64,000 nucleotides of DNA from Candidatus Paceibacter sp. (GTDB lineage: Bacteria > Patescibacteriota > Minisyncoccia > UBA6257 > JAGOQP01), in NCBI GenBank assembly GCA_020724905.1, contig DYGB01000001.1, positions 1,866-65,865 on the forward strand, given 5' to 3'. The notes under the pieces were generated by a model. It had not been told where the DNA came from and made no database searches. It was given only the letters and a program-made list of their open reading frames with translations. Shown here one piece after another: positions 18,940 through 29,274 of this stretch; within the stretch, counting starts at the first letter, position 1, and each line of letters starts with the position of its first letter. The position numbers and the translations under genes are program-made.

Positions 18940-19590
18940 ATGCAACTCAATTACACAACACATATTTCTCCTCCACTCTCACATATCCCTCATCCCCCAA
19001 CGCAGCTCTACATACAGGGAACCTACACGCCAACACCCTATGGTGTTGCAGTGGTAGGAACTAGAAACCCTCTTATCTCATCAGAGCAAGAAGCATTTCT
19101 CTTCTCCTATATCTGTGCACAACAGGGCATTACCATTATTAGTGGTCTTGCCTACGGTATCGACGCCGCAGCACACACAGGAGCACTTGCAGCAAAAAAG
19201 CCAACATGGGCAGTTTGTGCTCATGGACTTAATCGCATCTACCCAAAAACACATACTCCCCTTGCCCATGCTATCCTTGAAGGAGGTGGAGCACTGATAT
19301 CAGAATACACACCACATACACCCCCTCTCCCAAAACAGTTTCTCCAGCGAAATAGAATTATTAGTGGTCTTGCAAGTGCTGTTGTTATTATAGAAGCTCC
19401 TCGACGATCAGGAACACTTAATACTGCTCGTCACGCTCTCGAACAAGGACGAGACGTATATGTATTTTCTCCTCTACAAGAACACAAAGAACGCTTCCAA
19501 GGGTCAGCTGACCTTATCGCTGATGGAGCAATTCCTATACGAAGCGCTCAAGACTTTTTATCCCTTCATACCTTCTATCCGTTGACATAA
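18940..19590 (+). CDS. dprA: DNA-processing protein DprA (core domain only)
   Basis: AVVGTR; ISGLAYGIDAAAH; FLQRNRIISGL; EAPRRSGTLNTA; lies upstream of topA. Confidence 0.92.
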   Translation: MQLNYTTHISPPLSHIPHPPTQLYIQGTYTPTPYGVAVVGTRNPLISSEQEAFLFSYICAQQGITIISGLAYGIDAAAHTGALAAKKPTWAVCAHGLNRIYPKTHTPLAHAILEGGGALISEYTPHTPPLPKQFLQRNRIISGLASAVVIIEAPRRSGTLNTARHALEQGRDVYVFSPLQEHKERFQGSADLIADGAIPIRSAQDFLSLHTFYPLT

Positions 19591-19609
19591 CACAAAAAAC
19601 GCATACACT
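19582..19609 (+). promoter_or_regulatory. Candidate sigma70 promoter for topA
   Basis: TTGACA, 16 nt spacer, TACACT. Confidence 0.5.
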
Positions 19610-19624
19610 CAGTGCAATAGACCT

Positions 19625-21817
19625 ATGAAATTACTTATCGTAGAATCCCCAACAAAAGCAAAGACCATAGCACGCTTTATCCCCGATAAAGACCTGAAAG
19701 TTGAAGCAAGTGTGGGGCATATTCGTGATATTCCAAAATCAAACAAAGACGCTATTGATATAGATAATGGCTTTACTCCCCGATACATCATCCCAGAAGA
19801 GAAGAAAAAAGTTGTTGCGCTGTTAAAAAAACAGATTCAAAAAGCTGATAGTGTCTATCTTGCAACTGACCCTGATAGAGAGGGAGAAGCTATCGCATGG
19901 CACATACAAGAAGTCTGTGATATCAAAAACCCTCAACGTGTGGTATTTCATGAAATTACCAAAGAAGCAGTATCAGAAGCACTGGCTCACCCTAGAGAGA
20001 TAGACATGAATCTCAAAAAAGCCCAAGAAGCACGACGTGTACTTGATAGGCTCTTTGGGTATGACCTCAGTGGACTAATCTGGAAAAAAGTACGCTATGG
20101 ACTTTCAGCAGGACGCGTACAATCTCCTGCACTACGTATTATTGTAGAAAAAGAAAAAGAGATACGAGCATTTAATCCAGAAACGTATTGGATTATCGAT
20201 GCTCTTTTTAACACAAAGAAAAAAGAAACACTTCCTGCTACATACGAAAAAACTCTCACAGACGAGAAGGAAAAAGATGAGATCCTTAAACGAATCCCTT
20301 CCGCTTCATGGCACATTGCTGGTATTGAAGAAACACAAGCAACACGAAAACCACGAGCTCCCTTTACCACCTCAACCCTACAACAAAGCGCTTCTTCATT
20401 TTTAGGATACTCCCCAAGTATCACGATGCGACTTGCTCAAAAACTCTATGAAGCAGGACATATCACCTACATGAGAACTGATAGTATCTCTCTGAGTAGT
20501 CAGGCAATTGGGCAGATGGCATCTGTAATAGAAAAGACGTATGGAAAAAACTATCTTGAAGTGCGACATTACAAGACAAAATCAAAAAATGCTCAAGAAG
20601 CTCATGAAGCAATCCGCCCTACCAATAGTGCTATCCCTTCAGCAGGAGCAACTCCTCAAGAAAAAAAGCTCTATGATCTTATACGAACACGAGCTCTCAC
20701 CTCTCAAATGAAAGATGCTCAAATAGAAAAGAAAAAGATTCTCATTACAGATGAAACAGAAACAGATACTTTTGTGAGTAATGGATCTCATATTATCTTT
20801 GATGGATGGCTCAAAGCAGACATCAGAGCAAAGCAAGAAGATGTATTACTTCCTCCATTAGAAAAAGGACAACCCCTTACCCTCGTCTCACATGAGAGCC
20901 AAGAAAAACAAACAGAACCACCACGACGATATTCAGAAGCAGGAATCATTAAAGAACTTGAAAAACGAGGTATTGGACGACCAAGTACCTACGCTACTAT
21001 TATCCAAACACTTCAAAAGAGAGGGTACGTGATAAAAGAGAAACGTTCCCTTATCCCAACAGATACTGGAGAGGTAGTAAGTAATTTTCTCTCACAACAT
21101 TTCTCAACCTATATCAGCGACTCATTTACCGCAGAGATGGAAGATGAACTTGATGAGATTGCACAAGGAGAACGCACCTATAAAAAAACTCTCTCAGATT
21201 TCTATACCTCATTCAAACAAGAGGTTGATAAAAAACAAGATATAGAAAAGCTCACTACGCTTGGGAAAGCTCCTGACACCATAGTCTGCCCTCTTTGTGG
21301 ATCAGGGATGGTACAAAAACTAGGACGAGGGGGAGTATTCCTCAGTTGTGATAGATTTCCAGAATGTCATGGATCACGAACAAAAGATGGAAAAGAAATA
21401 CAACCACCGAAGGATACCGGAAAAACATGTCCACACTGCGAAAAAGGAACATTAGTTGAAAAAGAAGGAAAGTATGGAAAATTCACTGCCTGTAGTAAGT
21501 ATCCAAAATGTACCTATATAGAGAAAAACGAAAAGCAAGAAAAAGAATATCTTGAAAAATATTCAACAGGAATTACCTGCCCTGTCTGTAAAAAAGGTCA
21601 AATGGTTGAAAGAAAAGGACGGTATGGAACATTTTACAGCTGTTCACAATATCCTTCTTGTACCTACACGACAAAAGCAAAGCCTCTTGATAAGATATGT
21701 GGATACACACGAGAAGATGGAACGACATGCCAAGCACTTATGATGGAAGGAACAAAAACAATTCCCCAGCGATGTAGTGATAAGACATGTCCAAACCATA
21801 ACCCTCATAAACTCTAA
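19625..21817 (+). CDS. topA: DNA topoisomerase I with C-terminal zinc ribbons
   Basis: IVESPTKAK; ATDPDREGEAI; SAGRVQS; ITYMRTDS; repeated CPxC...CxxYPxC. Confidence 0.96.
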   Translation: MKLLIVESPTKAKTIARFIPDKDLKVEASVGHIRDIPKSNKDAIDIDNGFTPRYIIPEEKKKVVALLKKQIQKADSVYLATDPDREGEAIAWHIQEVCDIKNPQRVVFHEITKEAVSEALAHPREIDMNLKKAQEARRVLDRLFGYDLSGLIWKKVRYGLSAGRVQSPALRIIVEKEKEIRAFNPETYWIIDALFNTKKKETLPATYEKTLTDEKEKDEILKRIPSASWHIAGIEETQATRKPRAPFTTSTLQQSASSFLGYSPSITMRLAQKLYEAGHITYMRTDSISLSSQAIGQMASVIEKTYGKNYLEVRHYKTKSKNAQEAHEAIRPTNSAIPSAGATPQEKKLYDLIRTRALTSQMKDAQIEKKKILITDETETDTFVSNGSHIIFDGWLKADIRAKQEDVLLPPLEKGQPLTLVSHESQEKQTEPPRRYSEAGIIKELEKRGIGRPSTYATIIQTLQKRGYVIKEKRSLIPTDTGEVVSNFLSQHFSTYISDSFTAEMEDELDEIAQGERTYKKTLSDFYTSFKQEVDKKQDIEKLTTLGKAPDTIVCPLCGSGMVQKLGRGGVFLSCDRFPECHGSRTKDGKEIQPPKDTGKTCPHCEKGTLVEKEGKYGKFTACSKYPKCTYIEKNEKQEKEYLEKYSTGITCPVCKKGQMVERKGRYGTFYSCSQYPSCTYTTKAKPLDKICGYTREDGTTCQALMMEGTKTIPQRCSDKTCPNHNPHKL

Positions 21818-21823
21818 CCATCT

Positions 21824-23524
21824 ATGTCTCTCTCACAAATTCTTGAAACATATCGAACATGGTTTCCTGATGATGCTGATGGCATTGTCCTTATCCAACA
21901 AGCATACCTGTACGCAGAAAAAATACACAAAGGACAAGAACGAGCAAGTGGAGAGGCATACATTACTCACCTCGCACACACAGCCCTGCAACTTGCACAG
22001 TGGAGACTTGATGCGCAAACAATTGCAGCAGGACTTCTCCATGACAGTATTGAGGACAAGCAAATTGCAACAGGAGAAATAGAAAAACGTTTTGGAAAAG
22101 ACGTCCTGTTCCTCATCGAAGGAGTAACAAAACTTTCAAAAATAAAATATAGAGGACAGGAACGAAGTCTTGAGTCCCTGAGGAAAATGATTCTTGCTAT
22201 CAGTAAAGATCTCCGTGTTATTTTTATTAAACTCGCTGATCGTCTTCATAATATGAAGACTCTTGATCACCTTCCCCCTCCAAAACAAAAACGTATTGCA
22301 CTTGAAACAGATGAGGTATACGCACCTCTTGCTTCACGACTCGGTATGCAACATGTATCAGGAGATCTTGAGGACCTTGCGTTCCCCTATCTCTATCCTG
22401 ATAAATACGAATGGATAAAAGAACATGTACAGGAAACCTACGATGCACGAAACAGATATCTTGAATACGTAAAGCCACTTGTTGAAAAACAACTTAAAAA
22501 GATAGGAGTTATTCCCCTCCGTATTGATTATCGAGCAAAACGAATCTCAAGCTTGTATAAAAAACTTCTCAGATATGAAATGAACCTTGAACACATTCAT
22601 GATCTTGTTGCGATGAGAATCATCGTAAAAACAATTGATGATTGTTACCTTGTTCTAGGAGCAATACACCAACTTTGGAGACCACTTCCAGGAAGAATAA
22701 AAGACTATATTGCACTTCCAAAACCAAATGGATACAGAAGTCTTCATACGACCGTATTTTGTTTAGAAAATAGACCAACAGAATTTCAAATACGCACACA
22801 GGAAATGCACGATGAAGCTGAACACGGAGCTGCTGCTCACTGGTTCTATGAATCACACAGAGGCACAAAACAACATAAAAAAGGAATCGGAACAGCAACA
22901 CAACAACACGAAAGCTCTATTGTAAAACAACTAAAAGAATGGCAAGAAGAATTCCCAGGAACAAAAGAATTTGTTGAAGCATTAAAAGTTGATGTGTTCT
23001 CAGATCGCATCTTCGTTCTCACTCCCCAAGGAGAGGTTATCGATCTTCCTCGAGAAGCAACCCCTATCGACTTTGCATACCACATACACAGTGAGGTTGG
23101 AAACTCTTGTATTGGAGCAAAGGTAAATAATAAGATTGTCCCACTCGACTACCAACTTCAATCAGGAGACTATGTAGAAATACTCACTCAGAAAGGAAAA
23201 AAACCATCATCATCATGGCTTGATACCGTACGAACAAATTATGCACGAAAAAAAATACGCCTCTCTCTTAAAAAGAAAATGCTTATCCCTAAAAAAACTG
23301 AATTTAGAATTACCTGTGAATCTCGAGTTGGAATGATAAAAGATATCTCCTCAATATTTTCACGAAACAAAATATCAATAACAAGTCTTCAAACTATTGA
23401 AAATGAAAAGTATCCTCTCATAAAAGCATTGGTTGATGTTGATAACAGAACACGAGCAGAACAAATTCTTCTCAAACTCAAAAAGATAGAGGGAGTAAAA
23501 GAGATATCATACAAACTTATATAA
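21824..23524 (+). CDS. RelA/SpoT family (p)ppGpp synthetase/hydrolase, internally shortened
   Basis: LLHDSIED; KLADRLHNM; KDYIALPKPNGYRSLH; TGS (TPIDFAYHIH); terminal ACT domain. Confidence 0.94.
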   Translation: MSLSQILETYRTWFPDDADGIVLIQQAYLYAEKIHKGQERASGEAYITHLAHTALQLAQWRLDAQTIAAGLLHDSIEDKQIATGEIEKRFGKDVLFLIEGVTKLSKIKYRGQERSLESLRKMILAISKDLRVIFIKLADRLHNMKTLDHLPPPKQKRIALETDEVYAPLASRLGMQHVSGDLEDLAFPYLYPDKYEWIKEHVQETYDARNRYLEYVKPLVEKQLKKIGVIPLRIDYRAKRISSLYKKLLRYEMNLEHIHDLVAMRIIVKTIDDCYLVLGAIHQLWRPLPGRIKDYIALPKPNGYRSLHTTVFCLENRPTEFQIRTQEMHDEAEHGAAAHWFYESHRGTKQHKKGIGTATQQHESSIVKQLKEWQEEFPGTKEFVEALKVDVFSDRIFVLTPQGEVIDLPREATPIDFAYHIHSEVGNSCIGAKVNNKIVPLDYQLQSGDYVEILTQKGKKPSSSWLDTVRTNYARKKIRLSLKKKMLIPKKTEFRITCESRVGMIKDISSIFSRNKISITSLQTIENEKYPLIKALVDVDNRTRAEQILLKLKKIEGVKEISYKLI

Positions 23525-23543
23525 ATGTTGTATACTATATACT

Positions 23544-24077
23544 ATGGAGAATGAGAAAAAGAGTATATTATCTTGGTTTAAACTCTTTAAAGAAAAAGGA
23601 GAAAGTGTAGATATTATTGCTTTTATAGCAGGAATTTTTTTCTTTTTCCTTGGAATTAATTTTATAATAAATACCTCAGGAATCATTACTCCTCTTTTAT
23701 TTTTTTCGATAGGATATATGTTTATCAGAGCAGTAAATATTAGAATTCACAGAGATAAAGAAAAGAAAGTAGAAGAGAAAATTCCTGAAATTAAAAAGAG
23801 GTCTTCCTTCACCTTATCAAAGAAACAAGTTGTTCTTGTAATTGTCTTATTACTTGTCAATGTAGTACTAATAGTATTAGAAGCAGGATTATTTACTCCC
23901 CTTATAGTACAGTTACCATTATTAGCACTTGCATTCCCTATCGCATTAGGAGAGATAATAACAGAAACTCCATCCAGGGGATATTTCTATTTCTCTCTGA
24001 TACTCCTTTCTCTATTACTTTTTATTTCACTAAGCATACTTTTATTTTTACTTATAAATGACATTCAATTTCTTTAA
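23544..24077 (+). CDS. Hypothetical membrane protein (AT-rich)
   Basis: Several hydrophobic helices; TATACT 7 nt before the ATG. Confidence 0.65.
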   Translation: MENEKKSILSWFKLFKEKGESVDIIAFIAGIFFFFLGINFIINTSGIITPLLFFSIGYMFIRAVNIRIHRDKEKKVEEKIPEIKKRSSFTLSKKQVVLVIVLLLVNVVLIVLEAGLFTPLIVQLPLLALAFPIALGEIITETPSRGYFYFSLILLSLLLFISLSILLFLLINDIQFL

Positions 24078-24414
24078 AAACTTCTATAAAGGAAGAATAA
24101 GTTCAACACAATATCTAAAAGCACGTTTTCTGCTAATGATATTGCTCATCATTATAATAATACTAGGTATCGTACTTGGACAAAAAGATGGCAGAATTGC
24201 CGTGGGAATGATAGTTGCCGGAATGGTTCTTTTTATTATATTCGATCAATCTATTTCTGTACGAAGACAACACGATTTAGGAAAAAATGGTAGGAATAAT
24301 ATATTTTTATTTTCCTTCCTGAATAATCTAGAAGATGGGGTGGATGCTGAAAATGAATATGGACCCCCTCCGAAAAAGAGAAACGTATTTAAAGTTATAT
24401 TAAATAAGGATTAG
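24058..24414 (+). CDS. DUF805-like membrane protein
   Basis: YKGRISSTQY...SISVRRQHDLG...ENEYGPPP. Confidence 0.8.
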   Translation: MTFNFFKNFYKGRISSTQYLKARFLLMILLIIIIILGIVLGQKDGRIAVGMIVAGMVLFIIFDQSISVRRQHDLGKNGRNNIFLFSFLNNLEDGVDAENEYGPPPKKRNVFKVILNKD

Positions 24415-25644
24415 CTATTCTGATATATGAACCAAACGTTCATACTTTACACTCCTTTCAGGACGAACAGGAGCGCCTGCTTTTATTCCCCAAGCACCAA
24501 TTCCCACTGCAAGGTCTGAAATAAAGGTATCAAGTGTCTCTCCACTTCGATGTGAGGCAACTGCTCTCATTCCATGGGCATACATATATGAAACAACCTC
24601 AAGCACTTCAGTTATCGTCCCTACCTGATTTGGCTTAACGATACATGCATTCACCGCCCCCTGCTTGGATGCCTCTGCTACACGAGGTAATTGTGTCACT
24701 GTTAAATCATCTCCAACAATTAAAAGATCTTCGCTTTTTACCTTTTCAAACAGTTCTGAGAATGAAGCAAAGTCATCTTCATGAAATGGGTCTTCAAGAA
24801 AGAGAAGTGGATAGGTATCGATGATGTGTACATATTCAGATAATAATTCCTCCTTTGATATCTCTTTTCCCTGATACAGATACATACCATCTTTGTAAAA
24901 TTCACTTGCTGCAGCATCAATCCCTATCCCACAAGGATAGTGATATTTCTCAATAAGGTCAGAGAAGATATCAAGTACCATATGAGGAGAATCAAATGGA
25001 GCAGAAAATCCAGCCTCATCTCCCATGGCAATATTTGCATCATCAAAATATGAAGACAACTTTCTTCCTAACTTTGAATACAGCTCCTGGATAAGCCCAA
25101 GCCCAACAGCGACATCGTCAACAAGAGGAATAACATGAAACTCCTGAAATGAAAGTGGAGATACATGAAATTGAGATCTCCATGCAGAAGAAAATGATCC
25201 ATGAGCACCTCCATTTACCAAATTAGCAACAAGATAGGGAGACTTCTTTTGAGCAGAAGGAACGCGAGAAAGAAATTCTTGATGTATATAGTCATACACT
25301 TCCTGTTTTCTTTCCCGTGACATAAGGCGAGCAAACGCAATAGAGAGAGCAAGCATCGTATTAGCCCCAAGCACATGTTTGTCCTCACTCCCATCCCATT
25401 GAGAAAGAAACATGTCAAAATCTTTCTGGGAAGAAAAATCCTCTTGGTACAACTCTTTATGTATTCGATCAAATGATCGTAATGCCTCCTGAAATGGAAG
25501 TGCAACCGCTTCATGAGAACCAGTACTCTTCCCATGAGGAACACTCGCTTTCACAGAAAATCTTCCTGAAGTAAGGACAACTTCAAGTGTTTGTTCCTTT
25601 CGAGAATCAAGAAGTGGACGAAGTTGAGCTGTATGAATATACAT
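24415..25644 (-). CDS. eno: Enolase (divergent)
   Basis: LDSR; GKSTG..EA; NGGAH; FQEF; LEDPF; GDDL; KPNQVG; SHRSGET. Confidence 0.92.
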   Translation of the reverse strand: MYIHTAQLRPLLDSRKEQTLEVVLTSGRFSVKASVPHGKSTGSHEAVALPFQEALRSFDRIHKELYQEDFSSQKDFDMFLSQWDGSEDKHVLGANTMLALSIAFARLMSRERKQEVYDYIHQEFLSRVPSAQKKSPYLVANLVNGGAHGSFSSAWRSQFHVSPLSFQEFHVIPLVDDVAVGLGLIQELYSKLGRKLSSYFDDANIAMGDEAGFSAPFDSPHMVLDIFSDLIEKYHYPCGIGIDAAASEFYKDGMYLYQGKEISKEELLSEYVHIIDTYPLLFLEDPFHEDDFASFSELFEKVKSEDLLIVGDDLTVTQLPRVAEASKQGAVNACIVKPNQVGTITEVLEVVSYMYAHGMRAVASHRSGETLDTFISDLAVGIGAWGIKAGAPVRPERSVKYERLVHISE

Positions 25645-25645
25645 A

Positions 25646-28120
25646 CTATGATTTCCTCTTTTTCTTTTTTGCTGACTGGAGATAAGAACGCGTCTTCATA
25701 ACTACATCAGGATTGAGGGACATACTCTCAATTCCCTCATCAACAAGAAACTTGGCAAACGAAGGGATATCAGAGGGAGCTTGTCCACAAATACCAATAT
25801 ACTTCCCTCTCTTCTTGCACACTTGAATAACAGAAGAAACACTTTTCTTAACGGACGGATCAGTTTCATGTGCAATCGTTCGTACTGCACCATGTCCATC
25901 ACGATCAATCCCCAACACAAGCTGGGTAAGGTCATTGGACCCAATGCTCATTCCATCAAATACATCAAGGAATGCATCAGCCTCAATCACATTAGAAGGA
26001 ATCTCACACATCACATATACTTTCAATCCTTTTGAAAGAAGGCCTTTTGATTGGATCAATTTTTTAACTTTTCTTCCTTCTTGAGGAGTACGGCAAAATG
26101 GAACCATCACATGCAGGTTATCAAATCCCATAGCAATACGAACCTTCTCTATTGCATCAAGCTCAAGCATAAATGCATCCTGAAAATCAGGGTGATAGTA
26201 TCGAGAAGCACCTCTCCATCCAAGCATAGGATTTTCTTCTTGTGGCTCAAAGAGTTCTCCTCCAATTAAATTACGATACTCATTTGTTTTAAAATCAGAA
26301 AACCGAACAATAACTTCTTTTGGATAAAATGCTGCAGCAATACGTGCAATACCGTAGGAAAGTCTATCAACATAAAAATCTGTTGGCTTTTCATCCCCAA
26401 TATACGCATCAATACTACGAAGAATTTTCTCTAGTATTTCTTTGCGAGAAGATGATGCTTTTGAAAGTTTCTCATATTCTTTTTTAAGTTCTTTGTAGCG
26501 AACAAGTGCCATAGGATGAATACCGATATCAGAAGCAATAATAAATTCTTCTCGAGCAAGTCCAACACCATCGTTAGGGATAAATGATTTTTCAAATGCG
26601 CTCTGTGGAGTAGCAATATTCATCATAATCTTTACCGGAAGTTTTGCTCCCTCTTTTACTTTCTGACGAGACACGGAAAAAGGAACACGTCCTGCAAGCA
26701 CAACCCCATCACTCCCTGTACTATCAACAGTCACAACATCTCCTGTGTGAATATTTCGAGTAGCAGTTTCTGTTCCTACAATACAGGGAATACCAAGTTC
26801 TCGAGATACGATAGCAGCATGAGATGTTCTCCCTCCTTTATCAGTTACGATAGCTCCTGCTCGTTTCATAATAGGTTCCCAATCAGGATCAGTCATATCA
26901 GTAACCAAAATCTCACCATCTTGAAAAAGATGCATATCTTTTGCATCAAGAATAACACGTGCTTTCCCACTCACAATATAACTCCCTACCGATGCTCCTT
27001 TTACAACAAGCGGAGCATCCCCTTCTCGTGTATAGGTAATGATAGTAGAAAAATCTTTTTGAGATTGTACAGTCTCAGGACGAGCCTGGACAATATAGAG
27101 CTTTCCATCGTTCCCATCTTTTGCCCATTCAATATCCATAGGAGTCCAGGTCCCCCGTCGCTTAGTATAATGATTTTCAATCGTAACAGCAGCTCGTGCT
27201 AACTCAAGTACTTCTGTATCAGAAAGTGTATAGGTACGTCTCTTTTTTTCTTCAACTGTTTCAATACGAGTAGGTTTCTTGTGTTTCTCTCCATACACCA
27301 TACGACGTTCTTTTTTTCCAAGTGATTTATGAATAATAGGAGAAACACCTTTCTTTTCTAAAAATGGTTTAAATACAATATATTCATCAGGGATTACCTC
27401 TCCTTGCACAATCATTTCCCCTAGTCCCCATGCACCATTAATAAGAACAATATCAGGAAATCCACTTTCTGTATCAATGCTAAAAAGAACCCCAGAAGAA
27501 GCCCTATCAGATCGAACCATTTTCTGCACCCCTACTGAAAGCGCAACAGAAAAATGATCAAATCCTTTATCCTGTCTGTATGAGATTGCTCTATCGGTAA
27601 ATAAGGAAGCAAAACAATTTCTCACTGCTTTGATAAGTGCTTCTTCTCCTCGAATATTAAGATAGGTTTCTTGTTGCCCTGCAAATGATGCATCAGGAAG
27701 ATCTTCAGCAGTCGCTGAAGAACGAACCGCAACATCAACCCCTTTCCCATGAAGTTTTTCTAGTTTTTTATACGCATCAGCAATATCAGCAACAATATCT
27801 TCGGGCATATGTGCTCGTTTTATTGCACGACGAACAGCAAGTCCCTTTCTTTTCAAACTTGCAATATTACGAGTGTTCACAGACGCCAATGTTTTTTTAA
27901 TGAAATCACGGAGTGACATCTTCCCCGTTAAGGTAGTAACAATACTTGAGTCAAGAATATGCCAATACGCATCGGCACTCACTGCAAACCCTCCAGGAAC
28001 ACGCACCCCTTCACCCTTTAACGCTGAGATCATTTCTCCTAGTGACGCATTCTTTCCTCCAACACGAGGAATGTCATCAAAAGAAAGATCAGAAAATGGA
28101 ATAACATACTGTTTTTTCAT
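25646..28120 (-). CDS. ppsA: Phosphoenolpyruvate synthase
   Basis: VGGKNASLGE; AVRSSATAEDLPDASFAGQ; GGRTSHAAI; EENPMLGWRG; SIGSNDLTQ. Confidence 0.96.
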   Translation of the reverse strand: MKKQYVIPFSDLSFDDIPRVGGKNASLGEMISALKGEGVRVPGGFAVSADAYWHILDSSIVTTLTGKMSLRDFIKKTLASVNTRNIASLKRKGLAVRRAIKRAHMPEDIVADIADAYKKLEKLHGKGVDVAVRSSATAEDLPDASFAGQQETYLNIRGEEALIKAVRNCFASLFTDRAISYRQDKGFDHFSVALSVGVQKMVRSDRASSGVLFSIDTESGFPDIVLINGAWGLGEMIVQGEVIPDEYIVFKPFLEKKGVSPIIHKSLGKKERRMVYGEKHKKPTRIETVEEKKRRTYTLSDTEVLELARAAVTIENHYTKRRGTWTPMDIEWAKDGNDGKLYIVQARPETVQSQKDFSTIITYTREGDAPLVVKGASVGSYIVSGKARVILDAKDMHLFQDGEILVTDMTDPDWEPIMKRAGAIVTDKGGRTSHAAIVSRELGIPCIVGTETATRNIHTGDVVTVDSTGSDGVVLAGRVPFSVSRQKVKEGAKLPVKIMMNIATPQSAFEKSFIPNDGVGLAREEFIIASDIGIHPMALVRYKELKKEYEKLSKASSSRKEILEKILRSIDAYIGDEKPTDFYVDRLSYGIARIAAAFYPKEVIVRFSDFKTNEYRNLIGGELFEPQEENPMLGWRGASRYYHPDFQDAFMLELDAIEKVRIAMGFDNLHVMVPFCRTPQEGRKVKKLIQSKGLLSKGLKVYVMCEIPSNVIEADAFLDVFDGMSIGSNDLTQLVLGIDRDGHGAVRTIAHETDPSVKKSVSSVIQVCKKRGKYIGICGQAPSDIPSFAKFLVDEGIESMSLNPDVVMKTRSYLQSAKKKKRKS

Positions 28121-28151
28121 ACAGTATCATTGTAGCATATCTTCTCTTTTC

Positions 28152-29249
28152 TTATGAGCGTGCATCTATAATGCGAGCACCTCCAAGTAACTGTCCCTTT
28201 TTATTATAAAAAACACACGATTGTCCCTGAGCAGGAAATGTCTGGACAGGAGAAGAAAATACAACAGAAAGGCCCTCTCTGTTGACAAGTGTCGCTGCAA
28301 GTGAAGGCTGTCTATATCGAGTCTTCACATACACAGGAACTTCACCTTTTTTTGCAAGCTGATATTCTGTTTGCGTATCTAGTATATTGGAACTCCCCAA
28401 CACTATTTCTGAAGTGTACGTAGAAGTATGATCAAATGGTGCTACATACAATGTGTTAGTGGTATCATTCTTTGAAACAACATATAGTGGCCCTGGACGA
28501 TCATGGGTAAATCCATGCCTCTGTCCAATAGTATACAGATGTGTCCCTTCGTGTACCCCAATAGTTGCTCCTTTCTCATCAATAACAGAACCTTCTTTTG
28601 TACCAAGGTGTTCTTTAAGAAAATCTCGAAAGTTAAACTGTCCTAAAAAACATACTCCCTGAGAATCTTTTTTATCTGCGGTAGGGATAGCATTCTCACG
28701 AGCAATACGACGAATCTTTTCTTTTTTATACTTCCCTATCGGAAACAACAGAGAGGGAAGAACAGCTTTATTAATATCCCACAAAAAATATGTCTGATCT
28801 TTATTCTCATCTTTCCCCTGATAGATACGATGTGTATGACCCCAATGGGTAATACGTGCATAATGGCCAGAAGCGATATACTCAGCCCCTAGTGAAGCTA
28901 TCTGATCATAGAGAAGACCAAACTTAATCTCACGATTACACACAACATCAGGGTTAGGAGTTATTCCTTCCCGATATCCTGTAAGTAAATAATCAACAAC
29001 TCGTTTCTTGTATTCTTTCTCAAAATCAAATACATAAAATGGTATAGAAAGGGTACGAGCAACAGCAGCTGCATCACGTGCATCCCTATCCTGACACCCA
29101 TCAACATTGTATCCTCGTATAAATGCTCCAATAACAGAGTATCCTTTTTTCTTTAAAAGAAGAGCAGCTACAGAAGAATCTACTCCCCCAGAAAGAGCAA
29201 CTAAAACTTTAGGCTTAAGTGTGGTATATCTATTCCAAATACGATTCAT
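28152..29249 (-). CDS. mnmA: tRNA-specific 2-thiouridylase MnmA
   Basis: SGGVDSS; TPNPDVVCN; KDQTYFL; KDSQGVCF; YTIGQR. Confidence 0.94.
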   Translation of the reverse strand: MNRIWNRYTTLKPKVLVALSGGVDSSVAALLLKKKGYSVIGAFIRGYNVDGCQDRDARDAAAVARTLSIPFYVFDFEKEYKKRVVDYLLTGYREGITPNPDVVCNREIKFGLLYDQIASLGAEYIASGHYARITHWGHTHRIYQGKDENKDQTYFLWDINKAVLPSLLFPIGKYKKEKIRRIARENAIPTADKKDSQGVCFLGQFNFRDFLKEHLGTKEGSVIDEKGATIGVHEGTHLYTIGQRHGFTHDRPGPLYVVSKNDTTNTLYVAPFDHTSTYTSEIVLGSSNILDTQTEYQLAKKGEVPVYVKTRYRQPSLAATLVNREGLSVVFSSPVQTFPAQGQSCVFYNKKGQLLGGARIIDARS

Positions 29250-29274
29250 ATTAATCTTATACTAGATACTCGCA

